A stretch of 63,445 bases of DNA, counting the filler, from Folioceros fuciformis (lineage: Eukaryota): NCBI GenBank assembly GCA_049999805.1. It is 4 parts of 4 records of this genome, joined end to end, with 100 filler letters (N's around TTAATTAATTAA, not from the genome) between each part and the next. Parts side by side here need not be neighbours in the genome. Positions count along the whole stretch, not along the records: positions 1 to 28,656 come from JBNGIO010005476.1; positions 28,757 to 59,886 come from JBNGIO010005477.1; 2 more parts are not named here. One strand, given 5' to 3'. Position numbers and translations under genes: made by a program. How positions within the stretch are numbered: the first letter of the stretch is position 1; every line of letters starts with the position of its first letter. Shown piece by piece: positions 25,230 to 37,298 of the stretch. The notes beneath the pieces were generated by a model that worked only from the letters and a program-made list of their open reading frames with translations, did no database searches and was not told where the DNA came from.

Positions 25230-25835
25230 AGTCAGATCGGCCAGAGCCTGTGCCGGGGCCGGGGTTCATACTCTCGGGGTTCAGAGTGGCAACACCTAAA
25301 TTATGTCCGACACACTTCGAATTCAAGTTCAGTATTGTAATTTCAAATCCTGTGGAATAATCTTACAGTACCTAGTTAATGCGTTGGAAATGGAGAAAAC
25401 TTCTCCCGCCATTCGAGATTTCTTTCAGTTAGCCTGCAGCATCATTCCATTCCCGTCCCACGTCAATCCGACTGTTGCACCCCAAAGAGGTCAGAGAGTC
25501 TCTGTCCTCTTTCGCGACATCACACGCAGGACTAGTGTCCGATTGGTACTCCAACGAACAATACCCTTGAAAACGTGTGGGGAGAACGCGTGTGTTCCTT
25601 TGGCATGCCATATTCCTGCTCCTCGGCCCTGGAAACAATGCTGAGGAATGTTAAGCCCTTCTCATCACTGGCCATCTCACCAAGTGTTCCAAGAGTTTGC
25701 CTAGCCTGCAGGCTCGACTGCGCAGGCTCCCCCACCCACGTTCCGAAGAAACCTTCACGATCTGTGCGAGTCTGAATGTCTGACAGCAAACGTGACACGG
25801 CTTGATTTGTGATTGTGGTTGCGGAGTTGCCGAAT

Positions 25836-26542
25836 ATGGGAGGCGCAGGGAGCAGAAGCTTTAGACACAGACTTTTCCTTTCTGCGTACCTGGCGTTAGC
25901 CACACTGTGGTCACTGCAGGCTGCTATGGCGGCGTTCACAAGTCGTGGTACGTCAGAAACCGTCTCTGGAGAAACGGAGAACGTCTTTCGGATTCTGACG
26001 AGGAGTAGCTGATACCGAGCTAGGGTCTATGTTTTGCAGGAGTCGCTAAGGATGCTTGGCCAGAGTATCAGTACATGATGGGAGACGAGGTGAGGGTTCA
26101 CTTAGCGGACGAGAACGCGACTGTTTGGTCACCTGAGAGCGGAATGACCGCTGTATCTGTCAACCCGTATGAGCATGATGATAAGGTTTGGCTTTACACA
26201 GACAGCAATGGCTTCATCTATCAGATTCCTGCGCGTGGCCAGTGGCACCCGAACCGTAAGGCTTGCTTCCTCTTGTAATACTGTACTAACGTTTCCCTTG
26301 TGTGAAGTGTCTAAAGTGTTTTTCATTGTGGGACGTTGTTCGTAGGCGTGAACCCCGGATGGCCTGAACTTCTTGGTGTGGACTACCAAGAGGCTATTGA
26401 TACTATTTTGACGGAAGTGGTTGGAATAGAAGTCGTTTACGGTCCAGCTGGGTTTCTTCGCATTGAGGATTTGAGAAACAATCGGGTATTCTTGGATGTT
26501 GACAAGAAAGCCCGAGTGGCACAGGTGCCCAGAATCGGATAA
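25836..26542 (+). CDS. Secreted two-domain I13-like inhibitor, divergent copy C
   Basis: Signal exon MGGAGSRSFRHRLFLSAYLAL; exon 2 KDAWPEYQY...QIPARG; exon 3 PGWPELLG...FLRIEDLRNNRVFLDVD...VPRIG*; same intron phases as the other copies. Confidence 0.83.
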
Positions 26543-26907
26543 CATAGTTGCACTGATGAGGAGGGCTCAAATGGTTGTATACAAGCCACTGTGGTAGTTC
26601 CGACTTAAGGAGCACTGAGAAAACTGATGCGTATCTTACAATACTTGTGTTAAAGTATCAGCAACACGGACACTGAATACGGGAAAGAAAGCCCATGTCA
26701 AAGGACCACATGCAGCTTACTTCGATGTACAGCAAAAGCAAGCGGCGAAAACTACATAGTCGCAAAGGCCTCCCTCTCCAGAGGTTGAAAAACAGTAGTG
26801 ATCTCAAGAGGTTTGTCAGCCAGTTCAATGCACTCAGTTCGAAAGAGAAGATGGTCTACAGAACTCCGGTCAAGAGCTGGACCTATACACAAACACATAC
26901 TAGACAT

Positions 26908-28656
26908 CTAAAACAAAGCCGAAGAGGGTGCCTGACCTCTGTCCAAGTCCGGCCTGCTTTGTCTGCCGCGGAGCGGGTAGGCAGGTTCCTGTCCATCAAT
27001 AGGAGGAGTATCCTTTAGAATTTTGAGAAGAGCCGATGCTTTCGCCCTGGCTCGAGTTGTACCAGAGCTGGCCAGAACAAGTAAATGCTCCTGTGCGTTT
27101 GTCTGTGCCACCTGGGACCTGAACCTCAGATTGTTATTGGAAAGTTGGAATAAGGCAGCCACTGCATGCTCTCTCACTTCAGCCCAGTTTTGTGGCCGAC
27201 CATCTTCTGCATCAGCATTGTTGGAAGCATTCAGTAGTCCAACCAGAATCGAAACGTTGCTCATCTCTGATAAGGCAGCTCTGCCTTCTGGAATGAGGGC
27301 AAGGTGGCTCAAGATCACCAGAGCCCTGCTGGCTAGGTCACTTTCACGCTCCTGAGCGAGGCCCATGAGAATGTTGACCCCGCCAGCCCTGACAAGCTTG
27401 GTGCGATTCATCTGGACAAAAGAGAGGTGGTAGAGTGCCATCGCAGCATCTCTTCGTGCACTACCCTGACCAACTTGTAACAGTTGCATGAGGGGGCCAA
27501 TGGCTCCAAGCACACCAATAGGCATCCTATTTTCCTCATTTGCGGCCAGGCTGAAAATGGCTCCAGCAGCTATTTCCTGGGCCTCCCCACTGCCCCTCAG
27601 AACCTCAATCAGGTGAGGTATGACACCAGCCCTAGCAATCTTCAGTTTGTTCTCCCTTTCCAGAGACATATTCATGATTGCAGCCACTGCGTTCACCTGC
27701 ACCGTTTGATGGCGAGACTGCAGAATCACTATCAATCCACCGAAGACTTTCTCAGCCAGCTCTCCACAGCACAGGGCTAATCTGTTCTCTCTGCTCTCCC
27801 TAGTGAGCCTCCTAATTTCAGCGGCTGCCTCATCTTGTTCCCTGGGGTACTTGGAATACAGCTTCTCCGCCAGAGATCCAAGATTTGTGCCAGCATCAGA
27901 CCTCACAGGTGGCACAAACTCATCAGACCTCACATGTGGCACTAACTGCGGTGCCTCTTGCGAACCTGTCCCTACCGCGATTCCCTGAGGATGCCGCCTT
28001 TCACCTGAGTAAGATGATGGAACAGTTTTCAGACTCAAAGGATAACCAGCGGCAGCAGCAGCAGCAGATCCTTCACTGCCGTCACCGGGTATGCACGAGA
28101 TAGAATGGACAAGCAGACTGCTCCGTGGAGCGCCTGATGCTACCCGTTCTATCATCATTGCCTCGTCACTCGAAATCTGTCCCACAGCCTGCACTTCACA
28201 TGTGACTGCAGGGAAGGATTCAGAAGGAGGCCCTGACTGCGGTCCAGATGAGGAAGCAGAGTGTGGGCCTGATGACGAAGCAGAGTGTGGGCCTGATGAC
28301 GAAGCAGAGTGTTGGCCTGACGAGGAAGCGAAATGTGGGCCTGATGGCAGGTAAGGATCGGGTACAGGAAAACCATGTGGTCTGGAACCAGTGCCACCAT
28401 CGTCATCATCAACAACAGCAGGCTCACGGACATGCACAGCCTTGCCTGCCTTCGGCAATTCGGAATACGTTTCAGATGGAGCTTGCAGCGATGGCTGCTC
28501 ATACGCAGGCACAGCCTCCACCTTTTCTGAGTCGGCCAAAGACTCAGCCGATGCACCCGAAGACAGCCCTCCACTGACCCCTTCATACTGCCCTCCACTG
28601 ACCCCCTCATGCTGCCCTCCGCTGACCCCCTCATGCTGCCCTCCACTGACCCCCTC
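26908..28656 (-). CDS. ARM-repeat protein, PUB38-41-like; 5' end lost in a gap
   Basis: VQVNAVAAIMNMSLERENKLKIARAG, AAGAIFSLA..EENRMPIGVLGAI and ARRDAAMALYHLS. The frame stays open upstream of 28539 through EGVSGGQH repeats up to the N gap. Confidence 0.85.
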   Translation of the reverse strand, partial: EGVSGGQHEGVSGGQHEGVSGGQYEGVSGGLSSGASAESLADSEKVEAVPAYEQPSLQAPSETYSELPKAGKAVHVREPAVVDDDDGGTGSRPHGFPVPDPYLPSGPHFASSSGQHSASSSGPHSASSSGPHSASSSGPQSGPPSESFPAVTCEVQAVGQISSDEAMMIERVASGAPRSSLLVHSISCIPGDGSEGSAAAAAAGYPLSLKTVPSSYSGERRHPQGIAVGTGSQEAPQLVPHVRSDEFVPPVRSDAGTNLGSLAEKLYSKYPREQDEAAAEIRRLTRESRENRLALCCGELAEKVFGGLIVILQSRHQTVQVNAVAAIMNMSLERENKLKIARAGVIPHLIEVLRGSGEAQEIAAGAIFSLAANEENRMPIGVLGAIGPLMQLLQVGQGSARRDAAMALYHLSFVQMNRTKLVRAGGVNILMGLAQERESDLASRALVILSHLALIPEGRAALSEMSNVSILVGLLNASNNADAEDGRPQNWAEVREHAVAALFQLSNNNLRFRSQVAQTNAQEHLLVLASSGTTRARAKASALLKILKDTPPIDGQEPAYPLRGRQSRPDLDRGQAPSSALF

Positions 28657-29870
28657 NNNNNNNNNNNNNNNNNNNNNNNNNNNNNNNNNNNNNNNNNNNN
28701 TTAATTAATTAANNNNNNNNNNNNNNNNNNNNNNNNNNNNNNNNNNNNNNNNNNNNGGACACGCACCCCGGGCAATCATCCTCACCAGCCTGAAGACCAT
28801 CGCCATGGACCCAGCCTTGGACAAGAACGGCGGAGTATTTACCGCTCCCGCGGCTGATGCAAACGGCGAGGTCCACAAGTGAGCTCCATCAGCCACCAGG
28901 TGGCAGGTACACACAAGTGCACCCAGTAAATACATACCTCATACAAGGATTTGGCTTGCACTACCATTTTCTTCGAACTCTCCGAGTGTCTTACATTCCA
29001 TTCTCGTATGGCAACGTTCCCTTCCTAAAGACAAGATACAATTGTCCATGGGCTGTTCCTTCATCAAGAACATTGGAATACGTACTTAGGTTGTGAGGGT
29101 GATCACCGTGAGCGCTCGAGGGAGGTGAGGTTGAGAAGAGGGATTGAGTAAGGGATTGTTATGGTAGAAGAAAGGGAAAGGACAGAAGTGAAACAGGTGG
29201 GAAGAGCTAGGGTGGACTAGAGAACGGAGGGTGGTACGTACTGTTTTTTGTTATATAGGAGCCTCTGGAGGGATGGTGTGGAAGTGGGACCACGGGAAGG
29301 GGGGTCTACCTGCCTTGGAGCTTCGTGTGTCCTGGAGTTCGCAAAACGGGTGGCGCTCTTTCGGCCCGGTCGCAGGGAAGAAGCGGAAGGATCCAGGAGC
29401 GAATGTACTTTGGGCCGTGGGTGTTGTTGCTGCGCAGAAATGGGTGTTTCAGTGCGCGTGCACAGGCACAGGCACAGGCACAGGATTGAAATTGCGTCGA
29501 AGACATGACAACTGGTGTGAGCACGTGAGTGTCCCGCTCCCACTGCTGCTACTTCCGCTGCCCTGCCCGTGAGCAGTCTGCTCCTGGTGGCGCTGTTGCT
29601 GGCCTGCCGTGCGCTCATTCTTCAGGCTACTGGGGTTGGGATTTGTGTACCAGGCGGGCTTGGAGGCCGGTGCTGCGGCCAAGGCCACTGGAATTGAAGC
29701 TCGATGATCGCCCGGAGGGCTGTGGTTAGCAGGCTCGGATTCCGGTTCTCAATTTTGTAGCTGGAGAGCGGGCACTTGTGCAGGAGGCGGACGAACGGGA
29801 TTCGCCAGCTAGGACCAGTGCTGCGGTGGTTGTGGAGGGAGGTGGAAGTTTGCGAGCGGGTGCAGGCGGG

Positions 29871-31744
29871 ATGGGAATCGGGTCCGACATCGTGGCCAGG
29901 TTGCATGCGCCGTTGGCAGCTGCAGCGGCTGTGGTGACTGCGGCTGCGGCCACGGCCGCGGATATTCCTGACAAAATGTACTTCAAGACGCAGCCTCTCA
30001 CTCCGCTGGTGCTCTACTCTGCGGGTTCTGTGGCCCCGATTGTTCCTGTCGGGAGCGGGAGGTTGGATGGGAGTGGATTGGCGATGGGCCGGGGGGGATC
30101 GGGATCTGGTATTGCGGTTGCTGCTGCGAACACCGCGCCGGCCATCTGTTTTTATGGAGGTGGTAGCAGGGCTGTGCCTGCCTCGGTTTCTGCTTTGCAA
30201 AGGGTTTGCGCCAGGCATCAGGTCTGCGTCCCGGCCGGCCATTTTTTGCCTCATTTTCAGTCGCATGGATGGCGGTTCTCAGCTAGCCTTTGGGACTCCG
30301 GAAGCAATTTCCGTGGACCGCGGCTGGATGGCGTGGGCGCTGTTAGGTTTCCTGTAGATTATTCCTCTTCTGTTCTGGACCCCAGGACTCTCGTTGCCAC
30401 AGCTGTGCTGTCGATGCACGTTCCTCCCTCGCAATTACCTCACTCTGTATTCAACTCCTATGTGTCTAGGTGTTTTGTTAGCCTGCTAGCTAGTTATCCA
30501 AACAGGTATGGATATTCAGGGGCTTCGGCGGCCGCTAAGCTGTCCATGCATACATGGCATAAACCTGCTGAGCCCTTGCGAGTACTCTCTGCGGACACGG
30601 GGTTGCATGACAAGGACAGGCCAGAGCTTACAGTGGTTCTGCTAGGATGGCTTGGCTCTAGTCAGAGGCACCTGAGGAGGTATGCAGAGTGGTATACAGC
30701 AAGGGGCATCCACGCCGTCACCTTTGTCGTGCCGATCAAGGATGTCGTGATATTTAGATCTGGAGGGAAGGCCGAAGAGCATGTGGAAATGCTGGCACAG
30801 CATCTTCTGGCTTGGTTGAATGGCAAGTTAGAGGGACAGAAGCCGAGTGGAAGGGAGCGGCAGTTGCTCTTCCACACCTTCAGTAACACTGGCTGGCTTA
30901 CGTAAGTCTACAGAAATCTTGTGGCTTTCAGAGTTTGTTGCCCGACCTATCATGGTCTGGAAGTGCTGGCTAACCTTCTGAAACTGTGACTGTGCAGGTA
31001 CGGTATTCTGTTAGAGCAGCTTCTCAAATTGGATCCGAGTCTCTTAGACAAAATAAAGGGTTGTGTTGTGGATTCTGCCCCTGCTGCGAAACCGGATCCT
31101 AAGGTGAGTAAGATGGTTTTCTTGTGGAAGTCTCTGCGATCCTGTTTAATCTGTGTTGGACCATCACTCAACAGCTTCAAATACTGTGTCGTGCAGATTT
31201 TTGCCAGGGGTTTGTCTGCGGCCTTATTGGCGAAGAGAAGTGTTGCTGTCAAAAAAGCGGAGTATAAAGCAGGTGATGACGCCACCAAGGACACAAGCAT
31301 CAGCTTCCCCGAGCCCGGTGCTGCCGAAGCAGCCTTCTTAGTGGTTTTGGAGAACTTTTTCAGATTCCTTTTGATGGTCCCTTACGTTGAGAGGTAAGGG
31401 CCGTTTTCCTCCAAAAAGGTTCCTCCTCCTTCACCTGGACCTCATCGTCTCACGATCTTTTTTTTTCCTTTTGCAGTCGGCTGTCAGAAGTAATTACCAT
31501 TCTTTCCAAAAGGCAACCTTCCTGCCCTCAATTGTATATCTATAGCACGGCGGACAGGGTTATTCCTCACTGGTTGGTGGAATCCTTCATGGAGCAACAA
31601 CGACAGGAAGGCAGAATTGTGAGGGCTTGCAACTTGGAGTTGTCACCGCATGTTGACCACTTCAGGACATTCCCAGAGATTTACGGGAAGCAGCTACAAA
31701 ATTTTTTGCAGGATTTCATTAATCACCCTGTTCGTGACCACTAA
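29871..31744 (+). CDS. TMEM53/DUF829 alpha/beta-hydrolase-fold protein; 4 exons
   Basis: VVLLGWLGSSQRHLRRYAEWY, LFHTFSNTGW, GCVVDSAP, LYIYSTADRVIP and SPHVDHFR. Confidence 0.9.
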
Positions 31745-32035
31745 CACATTTTTACGTCTCTGTGGAGGCTCGGACTATTTCAATAGCTATTGATTGTAAA
31801 CGAGCCATTGATCGTCAATAATTTTTTGATAACGGACTGAAGGTGAAAGCGACCTTCATTCCAAGGCGAGACAATCCTTCCCGCGTCCCAGGAATGTTAC
31901 AATAATGTACAACAGACCTGCTTTACACTTACCCAGTCCGATAACAATTGCGAGGACCATAGCATGTGCAAGAATCCCTGTCTAGGTTCTGCAGTGGCTT
32001 CCGCCGAGTCTCTCACTCAAACTCTACTGTTGAAG

Positions 32036-34492
32036 TTACGTAGCAAGAATGCTGTAAGTGGTTTTTTCCCAAGGACTGAGGAGAATGCGTTTAGATTGCC
32101 AACCTTCACCTTCCATTTGGGCAAGCAATAAATTGACGTTCGCTTCTGCGTACCTCCTACTCCGATCGACTAAGCTCCTCCATTCAGAATCCCTCTCCCT
32201 CCCTTCCAGTTCCCCACCAAGGTGAGTGGGGAGAGGCATATCTCTACCAGGGAGATGTTCATGGGATGCACTTTCCACGAGACCAGCGTTCCGCAGATGA
32301 CACGCCTGCATCAGAGTCACAACATGTTTGAAACTCTAAACCTCGCAGCGTACATTCAGCTAGACTGGAAACGTTTCATGGGTATCGTACCTGCAACACT
32401 CCGGTTATGATATCCTTGGCCGTCGCCTCCTTGTGAAGCCATATCGACAGTCCAGGCTGTGGCAGAAGTCAACAAAGTACTCAACCGCAAAATTCGAACA
32501 AAACATAAGAAGCTAAAAGGCTTGCTTCACAGGGGCAAGGTTACCTTCCAACCACCAAGAGTTCCAACAAACGGAAGCAATTCGTGATTCTCTCGGCAAA
32601 TTATGTATCGTTGGTGATCTTGGCGTTGAACAGCTTTAAGCAGATCATCTACTCTCCATCTTCTTAAGTTGAGAGGACCTATTCTCAGCGAAGCTTGTTT
32701 TCTACCTAGCGCAGCCAGTGTGAAAAATCATGAGCACAGAAGCCATTTGGCCGACCAGTCGTGGTCAAGTATTAATGTAGTTGACGAACCAATGTTCCCA
32801 GGATAAACCAACGACGATGTTTCGATGTTATTGACTTCCGCAATGGAAGGCACCGATCCTCTCTTCAACCAAGTATCAACTATGACCTCGAGTCTTACCT
32901 GCAGTTCAACCATACAAGCACTTGTTTATGAGACAGCTTTGAAGAGGCACTATCCCCATTTCCATGACCGTCTAACAGTACCTTGTTCAAGGACGGGAGA
33001 TGAACTGCTCGCAATCCGTGATAGATGGCAAACAAGTCAGCGCCTGCTAGAACTGGGAATAAAGCCAGTGGCCCTATCTTCCCCACCCTGCAGTTGACAG
33101 AGAGAGGAAATGAACTCAAGCCTGGCCGGTCGCCCTTGTGTGATTCAGGCAGGAAAAGAAAAACAGGTTTCACTCACGTTGCATTGCTTTTGTAGAAGTG
33201 ATTCAGACCAACAGCTATTGCAAGTCCGAGGTTGTCACAAACTACTGTTTGCACCTGCATTTGGAAACACCGAGACTGTTATGAGAAATTCTGCTTTCCC
33301 AAATACTCGAGAATGGTAGCTGAAGATCCGAAGAGGCAACAACAGATACATCACCTGTCCTTTCGCAGAGATATCTGACAGGTTGTCTCCAAGAGCAAAG
33401 CTCCTGTGGATGGCCGACTGCAGAAGACAGCCATCAGCAGCATGAGTAAACGTTGTAAACCAGAAGCTGCTCTACGTCCCTGTGCTGACAAATGCTGAAT
33501 CATGATAATCTCGTGGGGAGAATATCATGCTCAAAACAGGAAGCTGGGGGAAGAGGGTGTACACTTGTGGCAAGATATGCTGCATGGCTTATGCTCTTCC
33601 CGACGTTGGCCATCATTGCCATCGACAGAAAGTGATGCGGAAAATAGGGTGTAAGAATCTCCAGCCCCAGGCTGAGAGTAAATAATACCGAAGTAGAAAA
33701 CCTCACTCTCTGCAATTAGACCAAAAGAGAACCGGGTGTTGAGAACGATGCACCAAATCGAAGCGCAGTCCATACCCAGCACTGCTTGCACCAAAGAAGT
33801 ACACCAGCACGAACCTTTAAATCAGAGTCGAACGTACGACTGAGGCTGGCAGTGTACATGAGCTTCCCAAGCCTACCAAGACCATCTTTCAAAACCCAAT
33901 TCAGAGCAGCTGCAGTTGGAAGTGTCCGCTTCGCCCCTATTCCGATAGCCCTCAACATAGCCTGCAGCTCTTGAAAACACGAGCGCCCAGAGTCACAGTC
34001 AGCAAGAGAGAATGCTCACGCGCTCACCACTCAGTCCGTCACGACACCAGTCCTGCCACTCAGACCCGGTGCACAACGATTGAAAATTACCTGCGTGCAA
34101 TGCACCTGAAGAACGGAGCTCACCACCCTGTGCAAGCACTTCCAATTCATGTAGTGGATGTACTGGGGCCGCACTTGGTCAGGAACAAAGGTCTCGTGTA
34201 CAGCTGTTTGGAGTCTGCCCACGGAATCACTCAACCACACGTCGGGCCTGAAGATTCTGTTTCCGCCCAGGTGGTCATTCACGCCCACCTTCTTCACGCG
34301 GCACCCATCCCAAACGCACTGCTGAGATCGCCTAGTCTCGTGCACTATAATTGGGAGCCTCTGGACTTCACGATCCACCAAATTGCCCTCCTGCGTGTAC
34401 CCAACAGGCCGGGCAGCCTCGCCCACGTCCCTGCGTCCTCGTCCTTTCCTCCGCCGCCTCCCCCACGGGTGCCGGACTCCGGAGGCGGGCAT
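32036..34492 (-). CDS. RUS4: Root UVB sensitive (DUF647) protein, RUS4-like; start codon uncertain
   Basis: WKCLHRVVSSVLQV, AAALNWVLKDGLGRL, FDSDLK-RVRFSTSVLF, SAIHRSFALGDNL; last exon GWQSKRILLS...*. Confidence 0.85.
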
Positions 34493-34808
34493 CGTTGCGC
34501 ACACAGCCTGCCCGGCTGCGTGTAATCGGGGGCCTTGTAACAAAACGGCGCGCGCGTGCCACTTCCCCGTTACACGGAAGCCTCCTTCTGAAGCGGTTTG
34601 TCGAGCAGTGTGGAAGTAGGAAGGGGCTTAAGGCGGTTAGTGACCGGCGTACTAAATACGAGACTAACTTGGGAGAGCAGTTACGCGAAAAGCTTGAAAT
34701 AAGGTCCTTGAAGTAACGCCCCCTTCCTTACGCACGGTAAAAAGGAAGCAACGGCCTCGAATCTCGTCTAAACACTCCGCAGCGCTCCACTTACAATTCA
34801 CTCACTTC

Positions 34809-35215
34809 CTCTCACACGACTCAGCACTAGGCTCCAAGTANNNNNNNNNNNNNNNNNNNNNNNNNNNNNNNNNNNNNNNNNNNNNNNNNNNNNNNNNNNN
34901 NNNNNNNNNNNNNNNNNNNNNNNNNNNNNNNNNNNNNNNNCACAGACGACTCGCAGACCACCTCTCACACGACTCAGCACTAGGCTCCAAGTAGCCCGCC
35001 GTCCACAGACGACTCGCAGACCACCTCTCACACGACTCAGCACTAGGCTCCAAGTAGCCCGCCGTCCACAGACGACTCGCAGACCACCTCTCACACGACT
35101 CAGCACTAGGCTCCAAGTAGCCCGCCGTCCACAGACGACTCGCAGACCACCTCTCACACGACTCAGCACTAGGCTCTAAGTAGCTCGCCGTCCACAGACG
35201 ACTCGCAGACCACCT
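34809..35215. repeat. 63-bp tandem repeat spanning an N gap
   Basis: Unit CACAGACGACTCGCAGACCACCTCTCACACGACTCAGCACTAGGCTCCAAGTAGCCCGCCGTC, at least 4 copies. Confidence 0.95.
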
Positions 35216-35304
35216 CCTCTAGGTGCTGCTCTTTATTCCAGATACTTATAAAGAGTCTGGCGATCTACGCCCCATTGGCTACTGCCCTCAACTCTATCTG
35301 ACAA

Positions 35305-35575
35305 GCTTGCTCTTCAAGCCCTTCACAACTATGCCTCAAGGCTAGACTTCTCACTGTCTGCCTGCTCTTCAAGCCCTCCACAACTATGCCTCAAGGCTAG
35401 ACTTCTCACTGTCTGCCTCTTTGTGTATCAGTGTATCACAATATATCCTAGTGTATCACAATATATCCTTAAGACCCTAACACTGTCTGCCTCTTTGTGT
35501 ATCAGTGTATCACAATATATCCTTAAGACCCTAACACTGGCCTATTTATACTCCACTGGCCTATTTATACTCCAC
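35305..35575. repeat. Nested short direct duplications (low-complexity or TE remnant)
   Basis: Duplicated TGCTCTTCAAGCCCT..., CACTGTCTGCCTCTTTGTGTATCAG... and CACTGGCCTATTTATACTC segments. Confidence 0.75.
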
Positions 35576-37298
35576 AGCTAAGCCACTGCTAAAACTGGGA
35601 ATGATACACACCACTCATCTTAGAATACTAGTGGTCAAGCATACTTGCTTCTTCATTAAGACAGCTCTAGATTTAGCTTTCACCTTTCTACTTTTAACTT
35701 TCACCTTATTTCACTTATACCATAACTCTTGAAGTCTTTCTCGTCCTTCAGGTTTTCCTTTTTCTGTTCGGTGTGCGAAATCTGTATGTACCGGCACGGA
35801 TTCTCGCCCCAGCAGATGATACGAGCCTTTCGTGAGCATCGAGAGAGGAATGTAACTGTATCTCGTGCTTCGCTTCTCCTCTGTGCATCAGGTGTCGGGA
35901 CATCCCGAACTGCCACAAAGCCAACCCCTGTTGTGAGTGGTGGTGCAGACGACCAGGCCGCAGTGTTCGAATGTCGTGGTAATTTCTCACGGGCTGCATG
36001 GCTTGAACCAGAGTTCCTCCTGTGATTCCCGCCATTCTTTCCCGCCGTCCTGCCTCGGCCTCTTTCTTTTCTCTGCTGAGGTGCGTAGTGTGGATGTGGC
36101 ACTTTCATCCCGCAGTATGCCGTCTCCTGGTCTCGGTTTCTCGTGATGAAGGCAGTCACACAGACTGTTGCCCTCGCACCTGACTCCAGAAGGGAATGGT
36201 CCGCATTCGTCCTCACAGCCGACTCGGGAACCGAATGGTTTGCCTGTGACGCCGGAGACGGAAAAGCAGTGTTGACGATTTTGATGTTTGTTATGGTTGT
36301 GTGTGACGACATCCCCGATCTTCAACTTCACGCTCGCTGCTTATGTCTACCAAAGGCAACTCTTGACACAGTCGTGCATGCTTGCGTGCGGGGATGAGGA
36401 GTTCGAGTCCGAGGAGGTGGCATCCGACTCTGAGGTGGCGGAGTCCGATGCGGAGGTGCTGGAGTCCGATTCCGAGTACGGGATGTAGACATCCGATGCC
36501 GAGAAGAGGAGGCTCGGACTCACCACCGGAATCCGCGCTGGGGTCCGCAACTGATTGTGCTTGCGTGTAAACTTGAAAGGATCAGCTACCAGCTTCGGGA
36601 AGGTAATGGATGGTACAACTCTGGGACCTGACTGATAAGCTGAGCTCAGCTGGGAAGCCTACCAGACTTTTATCTCATAAGCCACACGAGAGAAAGATAA
36701 ACTGACGCATTTTGTTGATGAACAGTCAAGAGAGCAACAATGGAGATCGCACCGCCCCGTTCTTCTATGTCGACCCTCTTGCAAGTTCTCGCGTGTGTGG
36801 CGGCATGACCGCGCTTATTGCGCTCTACAGAATCCAGATGACACTTCCCTACTTCCAGCAGAGTTGCAACCATCGGGGTCATTATCGTATCGGCCATGGT
36901 GGTCCTTTTCTCTACTCTTGCTCTCCTGACCAAATGTGATGGACAAGAAGGGAAAACCAACCATACCCTCGTTTGCTGTGCTCTACACAAACACTCCACT
37001 GGATTGCACCTTTGTATCAGAGTTGCAACAAATTGAGGTCACAGAGAGCCCTGTCACCTATGATGGTCCTTGTCTCTGCTCATGTTCTCTTGACTATGGT
37101 CACAAAAAAAGTCTAGGGGATATTCGCGTTCGTAGTACTCTATACGAAGTAACTTTTAGACTTTCACGTAACTGGCTGAATGAGTACGATGACAACAACA
37201 TCGTTCATATTTAGCATACCCCCATTGCTCTCAACGTTTTACTCCCTGCACTGCCCTGCTTTCCCCTGGCCCATTCCCGGAAACCAAAAAAAGCATCC

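Noticed and set aside
28701-28712. TTAATTAATTAA islands within N-runs (also 59931-59942 and 61719-61730)
   Set aside because: The same 12-mer with stops in all frames is centred in each gap, so it is a scaffolding spacer rather than biology.
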